Shown one piece after another: positions 22,101 to 32,212 of a DNA stretch of 64,000 nucleotides. A program made the translations under genes and the position numbers. This DNA is from Candidatus Marinacidobacterales bacterium. GTDB taxonomy: Bacteria; Acidobacteriota; Vicinamibacteria; Marinacidobacterales; SMYC01. How positions within the stretch are numbered: position 1 is the first letter of the stretch; each line of letters opens with the position of its first letter. The notes under the pieces are model-generated. The model ran no database searches. It saw only the letters and a program-made list of their open reading frames with translations, and was not told the DNA's origin. The stretch is from NCBI GenBank assembly GCA_965237955.1, contig OZ250169.1, positions 7,776,001 to 7,840,000 on the forward strand, in the 5' to 3' direction.

Positions 22101-23510
22101 TTAGGGCGATGGCCCTAGCCGCTCAGGCGTGCGCATACGGCGTTCGAGACGTTGCCGACGATGTGCGAACGCTTCGCGCCATTTGATTCGAAATGCGAGG
22201 GTTAAATCGTAGTTTTCTTCGAGTCTCGCGAGTGCTCGATCGCAGAGCTCCACGCCGTCGGCGAAATCACCGTCACGGTGCTCCGCCACCATCGCGAGCT
22301 CGTGCAATGCGTAAACGGACTCGAACGTGTTCTCGTCTATGAGCTCGTGCCAGATCGCTCGAGCATCGTCGAGATCACCGCGGCGTTTGTGTTGGTCGGC
22401 AAGTGCTTTGAGTGCGCGTCGCCGCGCGGCGCCGGTGACGCCGGCTTCCACGGCGCGCCTGTAGTGGAGCATGGAGCGCTCCGGCTGATCTGAGCGCTCG
22501 AACAAACGACCGAGGCTGACGTCGTCGAGGGGATCGTCAGGGACGTGGTCTTCGTCGAGCAGATCCGATGCGCATATCGTCAGCGCGGCCAGGGAGAGAA
22601 TGTCGTGGCGGTTGTGATGGAAGACGTTGTTGATCCGGGAGGCATCGCCCGTTCGCACGAAACGAAAATACAGATCCGGGATCAAATGACCGGGAACGTC
22701 GTCTTCGCGCTCGAGTCCGAGCAAGCGGTACTCGAGCTCCATGAGCCGGCAGCTCTCGATACGAGCTTTCCACAAGCTCCGCGCCGGATGCAGGAGATCG
22801 AAATGGAGCATGCGTTCGAACGACAACCGCTGTCGCGCGAGGACGAAGCGCGACTCGAGCAAGGGAATATCGAACGTCTTGCCGTTATAGCTCACGAGGA
22901 CGTCGTAGCGTGACAGAAGCTCCCGGAGCTCGTGCAGCATCGCCGCCTCGTCGCCGTAATCCCGCATGAAGAGTTGCCGCACGACGAAGCTGTCGTCTTC
23001 GACGAAGCCGAGCCCGACGAGAAATGCACACGTTCCCGATCCGCCCGCGAGCCCGGTAGTCTCGGTGTCGATAAAAAGAGCGCGTTCGAGATCGATTTCG
23101 AAACTATCGTCACCTCCCGATAGCAACGAGAACGCTTCACGGGGAACGTTTCTCAACCGCTCGAGCGGCATCCGCCCCTGGCAGTGGCTGAGCGGGAACA
23201 CGTGGTCGACGCGGTAGAAGCTCCCGAAATCGTTCTCGACTTCCTCGCCTGCGACGGCCTCGCTCAGCGCGAGCTTGGGTCCGGTTTCGCGTTGCGGTGT
23301 TTTCTGGGGGCGCGCTTTCGTTCTCGCCACGAGTCGCTCGAGGCGCTCTTTGACGGAAAGGTCGCCATCCGCGGGTGCGTCGTCTCCGAGAACTTCCTGC
23401 TCGAGCCGGTGGAGGGAGTCTTTTGACGAAACCGTCGGAGCAGAAGTGCGGGACGGAGATGGCGGTGGGAAGAGTCGCTCGAGCTTCGCGCGCGTGGAGT
23501 TTTCGCTCAT
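22101..23510 (-). CDS. yprB: YprB/MrfB-like RNase H-fold (DEDD) exonuclease with TPR-like tail
   Basis: FIDTETTGL, SYNGKTFD, HFDLLH, HNRHDIL; ATGA overlap with the upstream helicase. Confidence 0.85.
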   Translation of the reverse strand: MSENSTRAKLERLFPPPSPSRTSAPTVSSKDSLHRLEQEVLGDDAPADGDLSVKERLERLVARTKARPQKTPQRETGPKLALSEAVAGEEVENDFGSFYRVDHVFPLSHCQGRMPLERLRNVPREAFSLLSGGDDSFEIDLERALFIDTETTGLAGGSGTCAFLVGLGFVEDDSFVVRQLFMRDYGDEAAMLHELRELLSRYDVLVSYNGKTFDIPLLESRFVLARQRLSFERMLHFDLLHPARSLWKARIESCRLMELEYRLLGLEREDDVPGHLIPDLYFRFVRTGDASRINNVFHHNRHDILSLAALTICASDLLDEDHVPDDPLDDVSLGRLFERSDQPERSMLHYRRAVEAGVTGAARRRALKALADQHKRRGDLDDARAIWHELIDENTFESVYALHELAMVAEHRDGDFADGVELCDRALARLEENYDLTLAFRIKWREAFAHRRQRLERRMRTPERLGPSP

Positions 23511-25897
23511 GAAGCGGCTAGCCGCTCGAGGATGGCGAGCGCCATTTCCTTGCCGCGGATGCCGACTTCGCCTACCGGACCGACGCATGCCGGGCAGCCT
23601 TCGTGGCAGGGGCAGCTTTCGATGAGCGTCTTGGCGTCGGCGACGAGGCGCGGATGAAGATTGTAAAGCGGCTCGGAAAAGCCAATACCTCCCGGGTAGT
23701 TGTCGTAGAGAAAGATGTTGGGCTCATAGGATGGGCCTATCGGCTCGGAAGGCGCCTGTCCGCCCGGTCCCGACCGCTTGAAGCCCCGCTCCACCGATGC
23801 GGTCCCTTGTGAGTTGTCGCCGAGCGCGACGCCGATGTCGGAGCGATCGCACATGAGGAAGAGCATTGCGATCGTCTTCAACGTGTTCGCGAGGCCGATG
23901 ACCCCGTCGCGTTTGTCTTCAGAGGTGGGGGAGCTGGCGGGGAGCGACGCCATGACCTCGCGGGGTACGGTGAGCCAGTACGACGTGGTGTGCATCTCGA
24001 GCTCGGGCATGTCGAGCTCGCCCGAGCCGACGTTCTCGAGCGTGTAGAACTTGACCTTCTTGAACCCCACGACCTGAGAGACGACGTGCACTTCGCCGTG
24101 GGAGCGCTCGCCCTCGAGAACTTTCGACGAGCCAAACCGATCGAGGATGTTGACTTTCGTGTAGGTGATCGCGTCGGTGAAATAATCGCTCTCCCACTGT
24201 CGCACGCTGGCGCGCCGCTCGTCGTAGTCGAATGACTCGACGAAGTACTGTTGCCCCTCGAGGATATAGATGGCCTTCGGGTGCAGCGTCGAATGGGCGC
24301 TGACGAAATCGACTTCGGCGATGACTTTGGGCTCCCGCGTTTCGTCGTAAACGACGAAGTTGTCTGAGCTCACCGAGCGCAGGCTCACGCTGTCGGCTGG
24401 ATAGGAATCGCTCGTCCAGTGCCAGCGGTCGTTCGATTGGTGGATGACCTCGTGCTCTTCGAGAAACGAAAGGATCTCCGCGAGGTTTTCTGCGCCGAAG
24501 CTCTCGCCCTTCTGAAACGGGAGCTCGAACGCGGCGCATTTCACGTGGTCGACGAGGATCGACAGGTTGTCCGGGTTGATGAGGCCGTGCTCGGGCGAGC
24601 CGGAGAAAAAATACTCCGGATGATTGACGATGAACTGGTTGAGTGGGTTGGAGTTTGCGATGAAGACGGCGACGGAAACGCCGGTTCTCCTTCCCGCACG
24701 CCCCGCCTGTTGCCACGTCGATGCGATAGTTCCCGGATAGCCGGAGATGACGGCCACGTCGAGTGCGCCGATGTCGATCCCGAGCTCGAGCGCGTTCGTC
24801 GAGACCACGCCGAGTACGGTGCCCGCTCGCAGACCGGCTTCGATTTCGCGCCGTTTCTTGGGGAGGTACCCGCCCCGGTAACCTCTGATAATGTCGCGGC
24901 TCTGGACGTTTTGCTCGATCTCGTTCTTTAGATAGGTGACGAGGACTTCCGTGTTCAAGCGGCTCGTCGTGAACACGATCGTCTGGAGCCCGCGTTTCAG
25001 AAACGATCCGGCGATGCGGCGTGTCTCGTTGATGTAGGAGCGGCGGATGCCGAGCTCGGGGTTCACCACCGGCGGGTTGTAGAAAACGAAGTACTTCTCG
25101 CCGCGAGGCGCACCGCTCCTGTCGATGAGATGGGCCGGGCTCGCGATGAGCTCTTCGGTCAGCTCCTTGGGGTTCGCGATCGTGGCCGACGAGCAGATGA
25201 ACTGCGGGTTGGCGCCATAGAAGTGACAGACGCGACGGAGTCGTCGCAAGATGTTCGCGAGATGCGAGCCGAAGACGCCGCGGTACGCGTGCACCTCGTC
25301 GATCACGATGTAGCGAAGGTTCTCGAAGAGCTTCACCCATTTCGGGTGGTGCGGCAGGATGCCGCTGTGCAGCATGTCGGGGTTGGTGACGACGAGGTGT
25401 CCGCGGGCGCGGATGGCCTTGCGCGCGTCCTGGGGTGTGTCCCCGTCGTAGGTGAACGTTCGGATGTCACAACCGATGTCCCCTAGGTCTTGGATGAGCC
25501 CGTGGAGCTCCGAGAGCTGGTCCTGTGACAACGCCTTCGTGGGGAAGAGATACAAGGCGCGCGTTTCCGGTTCTTCGAGGACGCGGTTCAGAATCGGCAG
25601 GTTGTAGCAAAGTGTCTTCCCCGAGGCCGTGGGCGTGACCACGACGACGTTGTCGCCCTCCGAGACTTTCTCGAACGCCTCGCGCTGGTGGGCGTAGAGG
25701 CGGTCGATGCCGCGGCGCCTGAGCGCGTCGACGAGCTCCGGACGCAAATCGTCGGGAAAGTCTGCAAAATGAGCGGGACGCGGAGGAAAATGCCGCAGCG
25801 CGGTGACCGTCGGCAGGCGCCCCGAATCGCCCTTCAGTTCGTCAATGACTTTCTGAAGAGCGCTCCCCCGGTCCGCCGGCGCCAAGATCTGCGTCAT
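23507..25897 (-). CDS. yprA: YprA/MrfA (Hrq1-family) DEAH helicase with DUF1998
   Basis: TPTASGKT, PTKALSQDQ, DEVH, STNALELGIDIG, QQAGRAGR, YDNYPGGIG, CPCHEGCPACV. Confidence 0.92.
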   Translation of the reverse strand: MTQILAPADRGSALQKVIDELKGDSGRLPTVTALRHFPPRPAHFADFPDDLRPELVDALRRRGIDRLYAHQREAFEKVSEGDNVVVVTPTASGKTLCYNLPILNRVLEEPETRALYLFPTKALSQDQLSELHGLIQDLGDIGCDIRTFTYDGDTPQDARKAIRARGHLVVTNPDMLHSGILPHHPKWVKLFENLRYIVIDEVHAYRGVFGSHLANILRRLRRVCHFYGANPQFICSSATIANPKELTEELIASPAHLIDRSGAPRGEKYFVFYNPPVVNPELGIRRSYINETRRIAGSFLKRGLQTIVFTTSRLNTEVLVTYLKNEIEQNVQSRDIIRGYRGGYLPKKRREIEAGLRAGTVLGVVSTNALELGIDIGALDVAVISGYPGTIASTWQQAGRAGRRTGVSVAVFIANSNPLNQFIVNHPEYFFSGSPEHGLINPDNLSILVDHVKCAAFELPFQKGESFGAENLAEILSFLEEHEVIHQSNDRWHWTSDSYPADSVSLRSVSSDNFVVYDETREPKVIAEVDFVSAHSTLHPKAIYILEGQQYFVESFDYDERRASVRQWESDYFTDAITYTKVNILDRFGSSKVLEGERSHGEVHVVSQVVGFKKVKFYTLENVGSGELDMPELEMHTTSYWLTVPREVMASLPASSPTSEDKRDGVIGLANTLKTIAMLFLMCDRSDIGVALGDNSQGTASVERGFKRSGPGGQAPSEPIGPSYEPNIFLYDNYPGGIGFSEPLYNLHPRLVADAKTLIESCPCHEGCPACVGPVGEVGIRGKEMALAILERLAAS

Positions 25898-25922
25898 CGT
25901 GTTGGGGGAGTGTATATCAATG

Positions 25923-26057
25923 CAGCATCCAGCATCCAGCATTCAGCATTCAGCAATCAGTTCAATTCAAGCAGTGCTGCTATCGAGCCCGGCGTCGTGC
26001 GCGAGCTCGAGCGTCGGTTCGTGGCACGGCGCTCAGCGACTGGATGCTGGATGCTGG
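25923..26057. repeat. Heptamer tandem repeats (CAGCATY)n facing inverted (GATGCTG)n
   Basis: cagcatccagcatccagcattcagcattcagcaat at 25923-25957; tggatgctggatgctgg at 26041-26057. Confidence 0.7.
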
Positions 26058-26142
26058 TATGATACACATCCTGTTGAACTTGTGGCGAATCAAAGTTAGA
26101 CTAATAGATTCAGTCCAAATCTCGGCCGAAAGGTAAACCTCG

Positions 26143-27480
26143 TTGGTCCTTTTCAATTACGCGCTCAAGGAGCTGACCGCCAAGATCGTGTATTACGGTC
26201 CCGGTCTTTCCGGCAAGACGACCAACTTGCAGTACATCCACGAAGAGCTCCCCATCAAGAACAAGGGACGCATGCTCACCTTGGCCACCGAGACGGATCG
26301 GACGCTCTACTTCGACTTTCTGCCGGTGGATGCCGGCATCGTGCGCGGGATCAAAACCAGCGTGCAGCTCTACACGGTCCCGGGGCAAGTCTTCTACAAC
26401 GCAACGCGGAGGATGGTGCTCAAAGGCGCGGACGGCGTGGTCCTCGTCGCCGATTCGCAACAGAGCATGATGGAGGCGAACTTGGAGAGCCTCGAGAACC
26501 TTCGCGAGAACCTGATGGCCCACGATCTCAAGCTCGAAGACATGCCGATGGTCATGCAGTTCAACAAGCGTGACCTGGAGGATATCGGCACGATCGAAGC
26601 GATGAACGACGAGATCAACACCATGAACGTGCCTTTCTATGAAGCGGTGGCCAAAGACGGCATCGGCGTCGAAGAGACGCTCCAAGCGATCAGCGGCCTC
26701 GTGCTCAAGTCGGTGATCGATCGCTATGGTGGTGATCGCGGCATGAGCCCGATGGGCGGCAGGTTGGGGAAGGCGAACGATCCATCGCAAACCGATCCCG
26801 AGGCCCTCGTGTCTGCTACCGCAGCGCGAGGTGGCGCGAAGGAGGCTCAGGTCGGTCAACTCGGCGGAAGCGGCCGCGGCCGCGGCCGAACGCGCACCAA
26901 AGGCATTCACGCCCAGACGGCCAGCAACTGGCCGGTTTCGGAGGAAGATAACGTGGCTTCTGACGATGAAAAGCCCGTCGAGTCTTTCGAGGACTTGAAC
27001 ATTGAAGGCATACTCGACGATGCCTTGAAATTGGATGTGCCGGACAGCCCGCCGCCGAAAGCGCCGACTCCGAGCGCGGCGGTGGACACGGACTCGATGT
27101 TCTCCGGACTTCTCGAGGAAGCGCTCGGCGCCCAGAAAACGGACTCCATCCTCGATAGTGCCTTCGGCGTGGACGAGACGCCGTCCCAGGGTCCGTCCAC
27201 GGAGCCGCCTGTGGGTGGAAGTCTCGACGCTTCCGACCCGATTCGCGACATCGAAGCCGAGCTCATGGGAGACGATCTCGAGCCCGTCGCAGATGGATCA
27301 CAACTGAGCGAGCTCATCAAAACCAGGGTGTCGATCCCCACCGACAAAGTCACGACCACCCCACCAGAGTCCGCCAAGTCGTCGGGCCCGAAGCGCGTCG
27401 AAGTGCCGGTCACGATCCAAATCGACGGCACCGAACAGGAGATCGAGCTTCTCCTGAAGATCACGTTCAAGAAGAAGTAA
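26143..27480 (+). CDS. mglA: MglA-family small GTPase with long acidic low-complexity C-terminal extension
   Basis: KIVYYGPGLSGKTTNL, DRTLYFDF, YTVPGQVFY, NKRD; TTG start. Confidence 0.85.
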   Translation: MVLFNYALKELTAKIVYYGPGLSGKTTNLQYIHEELPIKNKGRMLTLATETDRTLYFDFLPVDAGIVRGIKTSVQLYTVPGQVFYNATRRMVLKGADGVVLVADSQQSMMEANLESLENLRENLMAHDLKLEDMPMVMQFNKRDLEDIGTIEAMNDEINTMNVPFYEAVAKDGIGVEETLQAISGLVLKSVIDRYGGDRGMSPMGGRLGKANDPSQTDPEALVSATAARGGAKEAQVGQLGGSGRGRGRTRTKGIHAQTASNWPVSEEDNVASDDEKPVESFEDLNIEGILDDALKLDVPDSPPPKAPTPSAAVDTDSMFSGLLEEALGAQKTDSILDSAFGVDETPSQGPSTEPPVGGSLDASDPIRDIEAELMGDDLEPVADGSQLSELIKTRVSIPTDKVTTTPPESAKSSGPKRVEVPVTIQIDGTEQEIELLLKITFKKK

Positions 27481-27611
27481 TCAGCATCCAGCATCTAGTC
27501 GCGGTGTTCACGCTGCGCGCTCACGCTCACTCGACAAGAGGGCTCCAGTCAACCGGTGCCGTCCGGTGTTCAGCTGGTTGCAACCGAATGCCGAATGCAG
27601 GATGCTGAATC
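27481..27611. repeat. Second heptamer-repeat unit
   Basis: tcagcatccagcatc at 27481; gaatgccgaatgcaggatgctgaat at 27586-27610. Confidence 0.55.
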
Positions 27612-27672
27612 GTCCGCATTCGGGCTCCTTCGAGGGAATGAGATGTGAGCGCGAAGCGCGAACAATGCTGAA

Positions 27673-29031
27673 ATGACGCGCGTCCTGATCGTCGACGATG
27701 AAGCCGGGTCTCGGCAGGGGCTGTCCGAGCTCGTGTGCAGCTGGGGTTACCAGACCGACACCGCAGCCGATGGCGTTGAAGGTCTGGAGAAAACCGACAC
27801 GTTTCGCCCCCAGGTGGTGATCGCGGATCTCGTCATGCCCCGCATGGACGGGCTCGGCTTGCTCACCGGCCTCGCGCCCGAGCTCGATCGCCTCGCGGTC
27901 GTCATGTTGACTGCCAAAGGGAGCATCGCGACCGCCGTGGAGGCGATGAAAAAGGGCGCGTTCGACTACCTGACCAAGCCCGTCGACACCGGACAGCTCC
28001 GCCAAGTGCTCGAGCGCGCGCTCGAGCGCACGGCAGCTTATGAAGAGGTCGCGCGCTACCAGAGACGACTCGCCGAAAACGGACGCTTCGGGGGCATCGT
28101 GGGGATGAGCGCGTCGATGAAAAAGCTCTACGAGCTGATGAGCCAAGTCGCACCTTCTCGGGCGTCGGTGCTCGTGGTCGGCGAGTCGGGGACGGGTAAA
28201 GAGATGGTAGCGCGCACGCTCCATGATTTGTCCCCTCACAAAGACGGCGAGTTCGTCGCGGTGAACTGCGCCGCGATTCCGGAGACGCTGCTCGAAAGCG
28301 AGATCTTCGGTCACGAGCGAGGTTCGTTCACCGGCGCCGAAAGTAGACGTCGAGGACTTTTCGAGCTCGCCGACGGCGGTTCGCTCTTTCTCGACGAAGT
28401 AGCGGAGATGGCGCCGGCAACGCAGGTGAAGCTCCTTCGCGTTCTCGAAGAGCGGAGTTTCCGCCGGCTCGGCGGCACCGAAGAGATTCGTGTCGACGTG
28501 CGAGTTCTCGCGGCGACCAATCGCGATCCCAAAGAAGCGCTCGATGAAGGCCATTTGCGGGAAGACCTCTACTACCGCCTCAACGTCTTCACGATCGAGC
28601 TCCCTCCACTGCGCGAGCGCCTCGACGATGTGCGCCTCGTCGTCGAATCCTTCATCCAAGACTTCAACGAGCGTGATGGGAAATCACTCCGCGGTATCGA
28701 TGAAGACGCTCTGGTGGCGCTCAAGTCCTACCGCTGGCCCGGGAACGTGCGCGAGCTCCGGAACGTCGTCGAACGAGCCGTGATCGTCGCGCGAGGGGAT
28801 ATGGTGACGCGGCAAGATCTACCTCCTTCGGTCACCGAGCCGAAGCGTATGCCGGGCGCCGCCGATGGAGTGGAGCTTCCCGTCGGCACCACGGTAGAGC
28901 AAGCCGAGAAGAACCTGATCTTGAAGACGCTGGACGCGACGGGACAAAATAAGACGCGCGCCGCTGACATACTAGGGATCAGTCTCAAGACGCTCCACAA
29001 CAAGCTCAAGAAGTACCGCGAGTCGTCTTGA
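27673..29031 (+). CDS. Sigma-54-dependent (NtrC-family) response regulator
   Basis: Receiver (VDDE, DLVMP, KP), GESGTGKE, GSFTGA, LFLDE, WPGNVREL, Fis-type HTH. Confidence 0.95.
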   Translation: MTRVLIVDDEAGSRQGLSELVCSWGYQTDTAADGVEGLEKTDTFRPQVVIADLVMPRMDGLGLLTGLAPELDRLAVVMLTAKGSIATAVEAMKKGAFDYLTKPVDTGQLRQVLERALERTAAYEEVARYQRRLAENGRFGGIVGMSASMKKLYELMSQVAPSRASVLVVGESGTGKEMVARTLHDLSPHKDGEFVAVNCAAIPETLLESEIFGHERGSFTGAESRRRGLFELADGGSLFLDEVAEMAPATQVKLLRVLEERSFRRLGGTEEIRVDVRVLAATNRDPKEALDEGHLREDLYYRLNVFTIELPPLRERLDDVRLVVESFIQDFNERDGKSLRGIDEDALVALKSYRWPGNVRELRNVVERAVIVARGDMVTRQDLPPSVTEPKRMPGAADGVELPVGTTVEQAEKNLILKTLDATGQNKTRAADILGISLKTLHNKLKKYRESS

Positions 29032-29048
29032 GCGCTTAGGAAAAACCC

Positions 29049-30850
29049 GTGGGCTTCCGGGGGAAACAAATCGCGAGCTTGACACTCGTCGCCGCTACCG
29101 TGGCGCTCACGACGAGCCTCGTGAACCTGACTTCACTCGCGCGCCTGACCGTGGCCGAGACCCAATCGCGCGCCACGCTCCTCGCCGAGACGATGTATCA
29201 CCAGGCCGCGCTCGTCATCCGCCAGAACCCGCGGGAAGCAATTCGCGGGGCGCTCGCTTCTGACGATGCGCTCCGGAACTACGCAGAGGGCGTGGTCGGC
29301 TACTCCGCGACGACGATGTACGTCGCGGTCACCGACCGGGACGGGTTCGCACTCGTTCACAGCAACCCACTCGAGCTCGGGGACAAGCTCACGCGAGCGC
29401 CCTCACTCGAGAGCTTCGTCGAACAGAACCCGCTCGCCCAACTGTGGTCGTTGAGGCGAGGCCACAGCGTGCTCGAAGTGGCCATGCCGTTCGAAGTCGA
29501 TGGCGAGCCTTTCGGTGATGTGCGTGTCGCTATCTCGACCCTGTTTCTGAAGGAAGAGATCTGGGGCGCGGTGACCCAGAACGTTCTACTCGCGACCGGG
29601 GCGGTGCTCGCCGCGTTCCTTGCGTCACTGTTTTTCGCCAACTGGCTGCTCGCACCTATCGAAATGCTCCGCCGCGAGTTCGGTCGCATCCGTCCCGGGC
29701 ATGGGGAGCCACCGCTCGACTTGAGAAACGAAGCGGACGTGAGCCGCGTCGCCGAGTTCTTCGCGTCGATGAGCCAAAAGATCGATGTCGAGCGCGGTGC
29801 GCGCGACGACGAATCGAGTTGGCTATCCACTATGCTCGGCGGACTTTCCGACGCTGTCCTCGTCGTGAGCGGTGAAGGGCGTGTGCTCTCATTGAACGAA
29901 CCGGCCGAAGAGCTTCTCGAGCGACGCCGCGAAGATCTCCAGGGACGGCGGCTTTCGGAGTTACTTGCGGGGGACCACCCCATCGCGGATATCGTGTCGC
30001 AGGCACTCGCGAACGGCGAGGCCATCGGCCCACGCGATGCGAAAATCGCGCACGGTGGAAGCCCGGTCGTCTATGCGCTCACCGCGCAAGTATTGCGCGA
30101 CGAGAGCGGCGTCTCCGGCGTCATGGTGAGCGCACGCGACATGGAGCAGCTCTCGCGCGACTCGGCTCGCACCTGTCGTACGCGCAAAAGCTCGCGGCGC
30201 TCGGAAAGTTCACGTCCGGCGTGGCTCACGAGATCAAAAACACGCTCAATGCGATGGTGATCCACGTCGCGCTTCTTCGCGAGCGTCTCGCGCGTGCATC
30301 ACCGGAGACGCAAGCGTCACTCGATACGCTGGAGCGAGAAATTCGGAGACTCGATCAAGTCATTCAAGGGTTTTTGCGGTTCACACGACCCGAGGATCTT
30401 CAGCTGACGTCCATTCCGCTGAGAGAGCTGTTCGACCAAGTCGAGAGGCTTGTCTCCGCTGAAGCGAAAGCGAGCGGGATCGAGATCGCGACCGAAGTGG
30501 CCGAGGATCTTCCGCCCGTCTACGGAGACCGTGAGTTGTTGCAACAGGTCTTTTTGAATCTGGTGCGAAACGCCGAAGAGGCGATGCCCCGAGGTGGTCG
30601 CGTCGCGCTCGCTGCCGCGCGCGTGGATGAGGGCCTCGAGATCGTGATCGAGGATTCAGGCGTCGGGATCGAGCCGGAGCTCCTCGACAAGATCTTCGAT
30701 CTGTATGTAACCACGAAGAGCAAGGGGAGCGGCATTGGTCTGTCGATGGTGTACCGGATCGTGCAACTCCACGGTGGCGAAATCACGGTAGAATCGGAGA
30801 AGGGGGAAGGAGCGCGCTTTACCATCCTGCTGCCGGATGTGCCGGCGTGA
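29049..30850 (+). pseudogene. PAS sensor histidine kinase, frameshifted at about 30155-30160
   Basis: TM-sensor-PAS in one frame; LGSHLSYAQKLAALGKFTSGVAHEIKN...NLVRNA...DSGVG...GSGIGL in another; 2 extra bases in tcgcgcga. Confidence 0.85.
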
Positions 30851-31434
30851 TGCTCCATCCCTCTCATGTGAACTGCGTGCCGAAACGAATGAGGGGTTTT
30901 TGTCTTTCGTGCGCAGGGCTCCTGTTCGGGCTTCTTTCCGCCAGCGGCTGTTGGAAAGAGGTCAAGGCGGAGTTCCCGCGCCCGCCCGCGACCGCCGCGA
31001 TTCCGCCTTCGGAGCAATCCGAGCCGGCGCCGGAGCTGCCGCTGGAGCTCGTCGTCGATAGCGAGCCAGAGCCGGAGCCCGAGCCCGAAATCGACGAGCC
31101 AGAGCCGGAGCCGCCCAAACCGTCCCCACCCCCGGTGGCGGCCGAGCCGGTCGAAGAGACGCCCCTCGAGCCGCCCTCGACTCAGCTCGCGAGTGCCGTG
31201 GACGGGGCGGTCGACCCCGAGGTGCAATCGAAGCTGGAGCAGGCTGGGTCGCTCCTGAGCTCGGTCGGAGGGCGCGAGCTTTCTCAGGGGCAGGGCGAGC
31301 AGGTTGCTGCTGCGCGAGGGTTCGTAGCCCACGCACAGCGGGCTCTCGACGAAGGGGATGAGCGACGGGCCCTGGTCCTGATCGACAAAGGTCTCATCCT
31401 CGCGGAGGACGTGGAGCGGACGAGTAGACCCTAA
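30847..31434 (+). CDS. Pro/Glu-rich lipoprotein
   Basis: Lipobox SASGC, (EP)n linker, helical C-terminus; overlaps the kinase stop codon. Confidence 0.7.
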   Translation: MMLHPSHVNCVPKRMRGFCLSCAGLLFGLLSASGCWKEVKAEFPRPPATAAIPPSEQSEPAPELPLELVVDSEPEPEPEPEIDEPEPEPPKPSPPPVAAEPVEETPLEPPSTQLASAVDGAVDPEVQSKLEQAGSLLSSVGGRELSQGQGEQVAAARGFVAHAQRALDEGDERRALVLIDKGLILAEDVERTSRP

Positions 31435-31469
31435 AATAGTCGCACCAACGAAGTTGGTGCTCCTAATGG

Positions 31470-31676
31470 CCCTCTCCCGCGTGCGGGAGAGGGTCCCGAG
31501 CTCTGGCGATACGAGGGGGGTGAGGGTGCCACCAAATAGCTCGCCGCGACCCGAAGGGTGCCACCATTGGAAGGGAACTTGGAATAATCGAACCTTCGAG
31601 AGAACACGAGTTATGCGATGGCATCCTCACCCGACCTCGCTGCGCTCGGCCACCCTCTCCCGGAGGCGGGAGAGGG
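31470..31676. repeat. Palindromic CCCTCTCCCG/CGGGAGAGGG repeat element (DUF559-associated type)
   Basis: Two hairpins (31470-31493, 31653-31676) plus complementary ggggtgagg / cctcaccc arms. Confidence 0.7.
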
Positions 31677-31818
31677 GTATAAGGAAGAAGAGCTTATTAG
31701 GGCTTATTACAAAAAGTGGCCTCGGGGTGTAGTGCTTCCGTTACATGATTGACGCCCTCCTGAATGCCCGTTTCGGCGAAACACTTGATGTAAGAAGGCT
31801 TACAAGACGTCCTGTTTT

Positions 31819-31835
31819 TGGTACGCCTCTTGCTT
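31819..31835 (+). promoter_or_regulatory. sigma-54 promoter for the single-domain receiver
   Basis: TGGTACGCCTCTTGCTT matches TGGYAC-N5-TTGC; IHF-like site about 31778-31803. Confidence 0.6.
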
Positions 31836-31847
31836 GTTAAGAGGTCC

Positions 31848-32207
31848 ATGACCGGCTCCAAACGTGTCCTCGTCGTCGAGGACAATCTGTCGATGTTGCG
31901 CACGCTGACCACCTTTCTCGAGCGCGCAGGCTTCGACGTTGTAGCGGTCGCTGAATTCCAGCGAGCGCTCAAGCTCATCGAAGACGAGCTCTTCGACACC
32001 CTGGTGACGGACCTCGACCTTCCGGGCGGAACCGGGCTGGATCTCGTTCTCACTGCGAACAAGTTGCGCCCACAAATGCGCTCCGTCCTCATGACCGGCT
32101 ACAGCTGCAGCGCGATCCGCAAGCAAGCGGGCGAGCTGTCGCTCCTTGGATATCTGGAAAAGCCGTTCGACCCCGACGAGCTCGTGGCCGCGCTGGAAGA
32201 AGACTAG
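31848..32207 (+). CDS. Single-domain response regulator (receiver)
   Basis: VLVVEDN, TDLDLPGGTG, MTG, EKPF. Confidence 0.9.
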   Translation: MTGSKRVLVVEDNLSMLRTLTTFLERAGFDVVAVAEFQRALKLIEDELFDTLVTDLDLPGGTGLDLVLTANKLRPQMRSVLMTGYSCSAIRKQAGELSLLGYLEKPFDPDELVAALEED

Positions 32208-32212
32208 GGGCT

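Noticed and set aside
22101-25897. YprA/YprB pair as a DISARM or other defence helicase module
   Set aside because: Two-gene helicase-exonuclease layout matches the MrfAB repair pair; no methylase or drm genes adjacent
26022-26038. TGGCAC upstream of mglA as a sigma-54 promoter
   Set aside because: No TTGC at the -12 position
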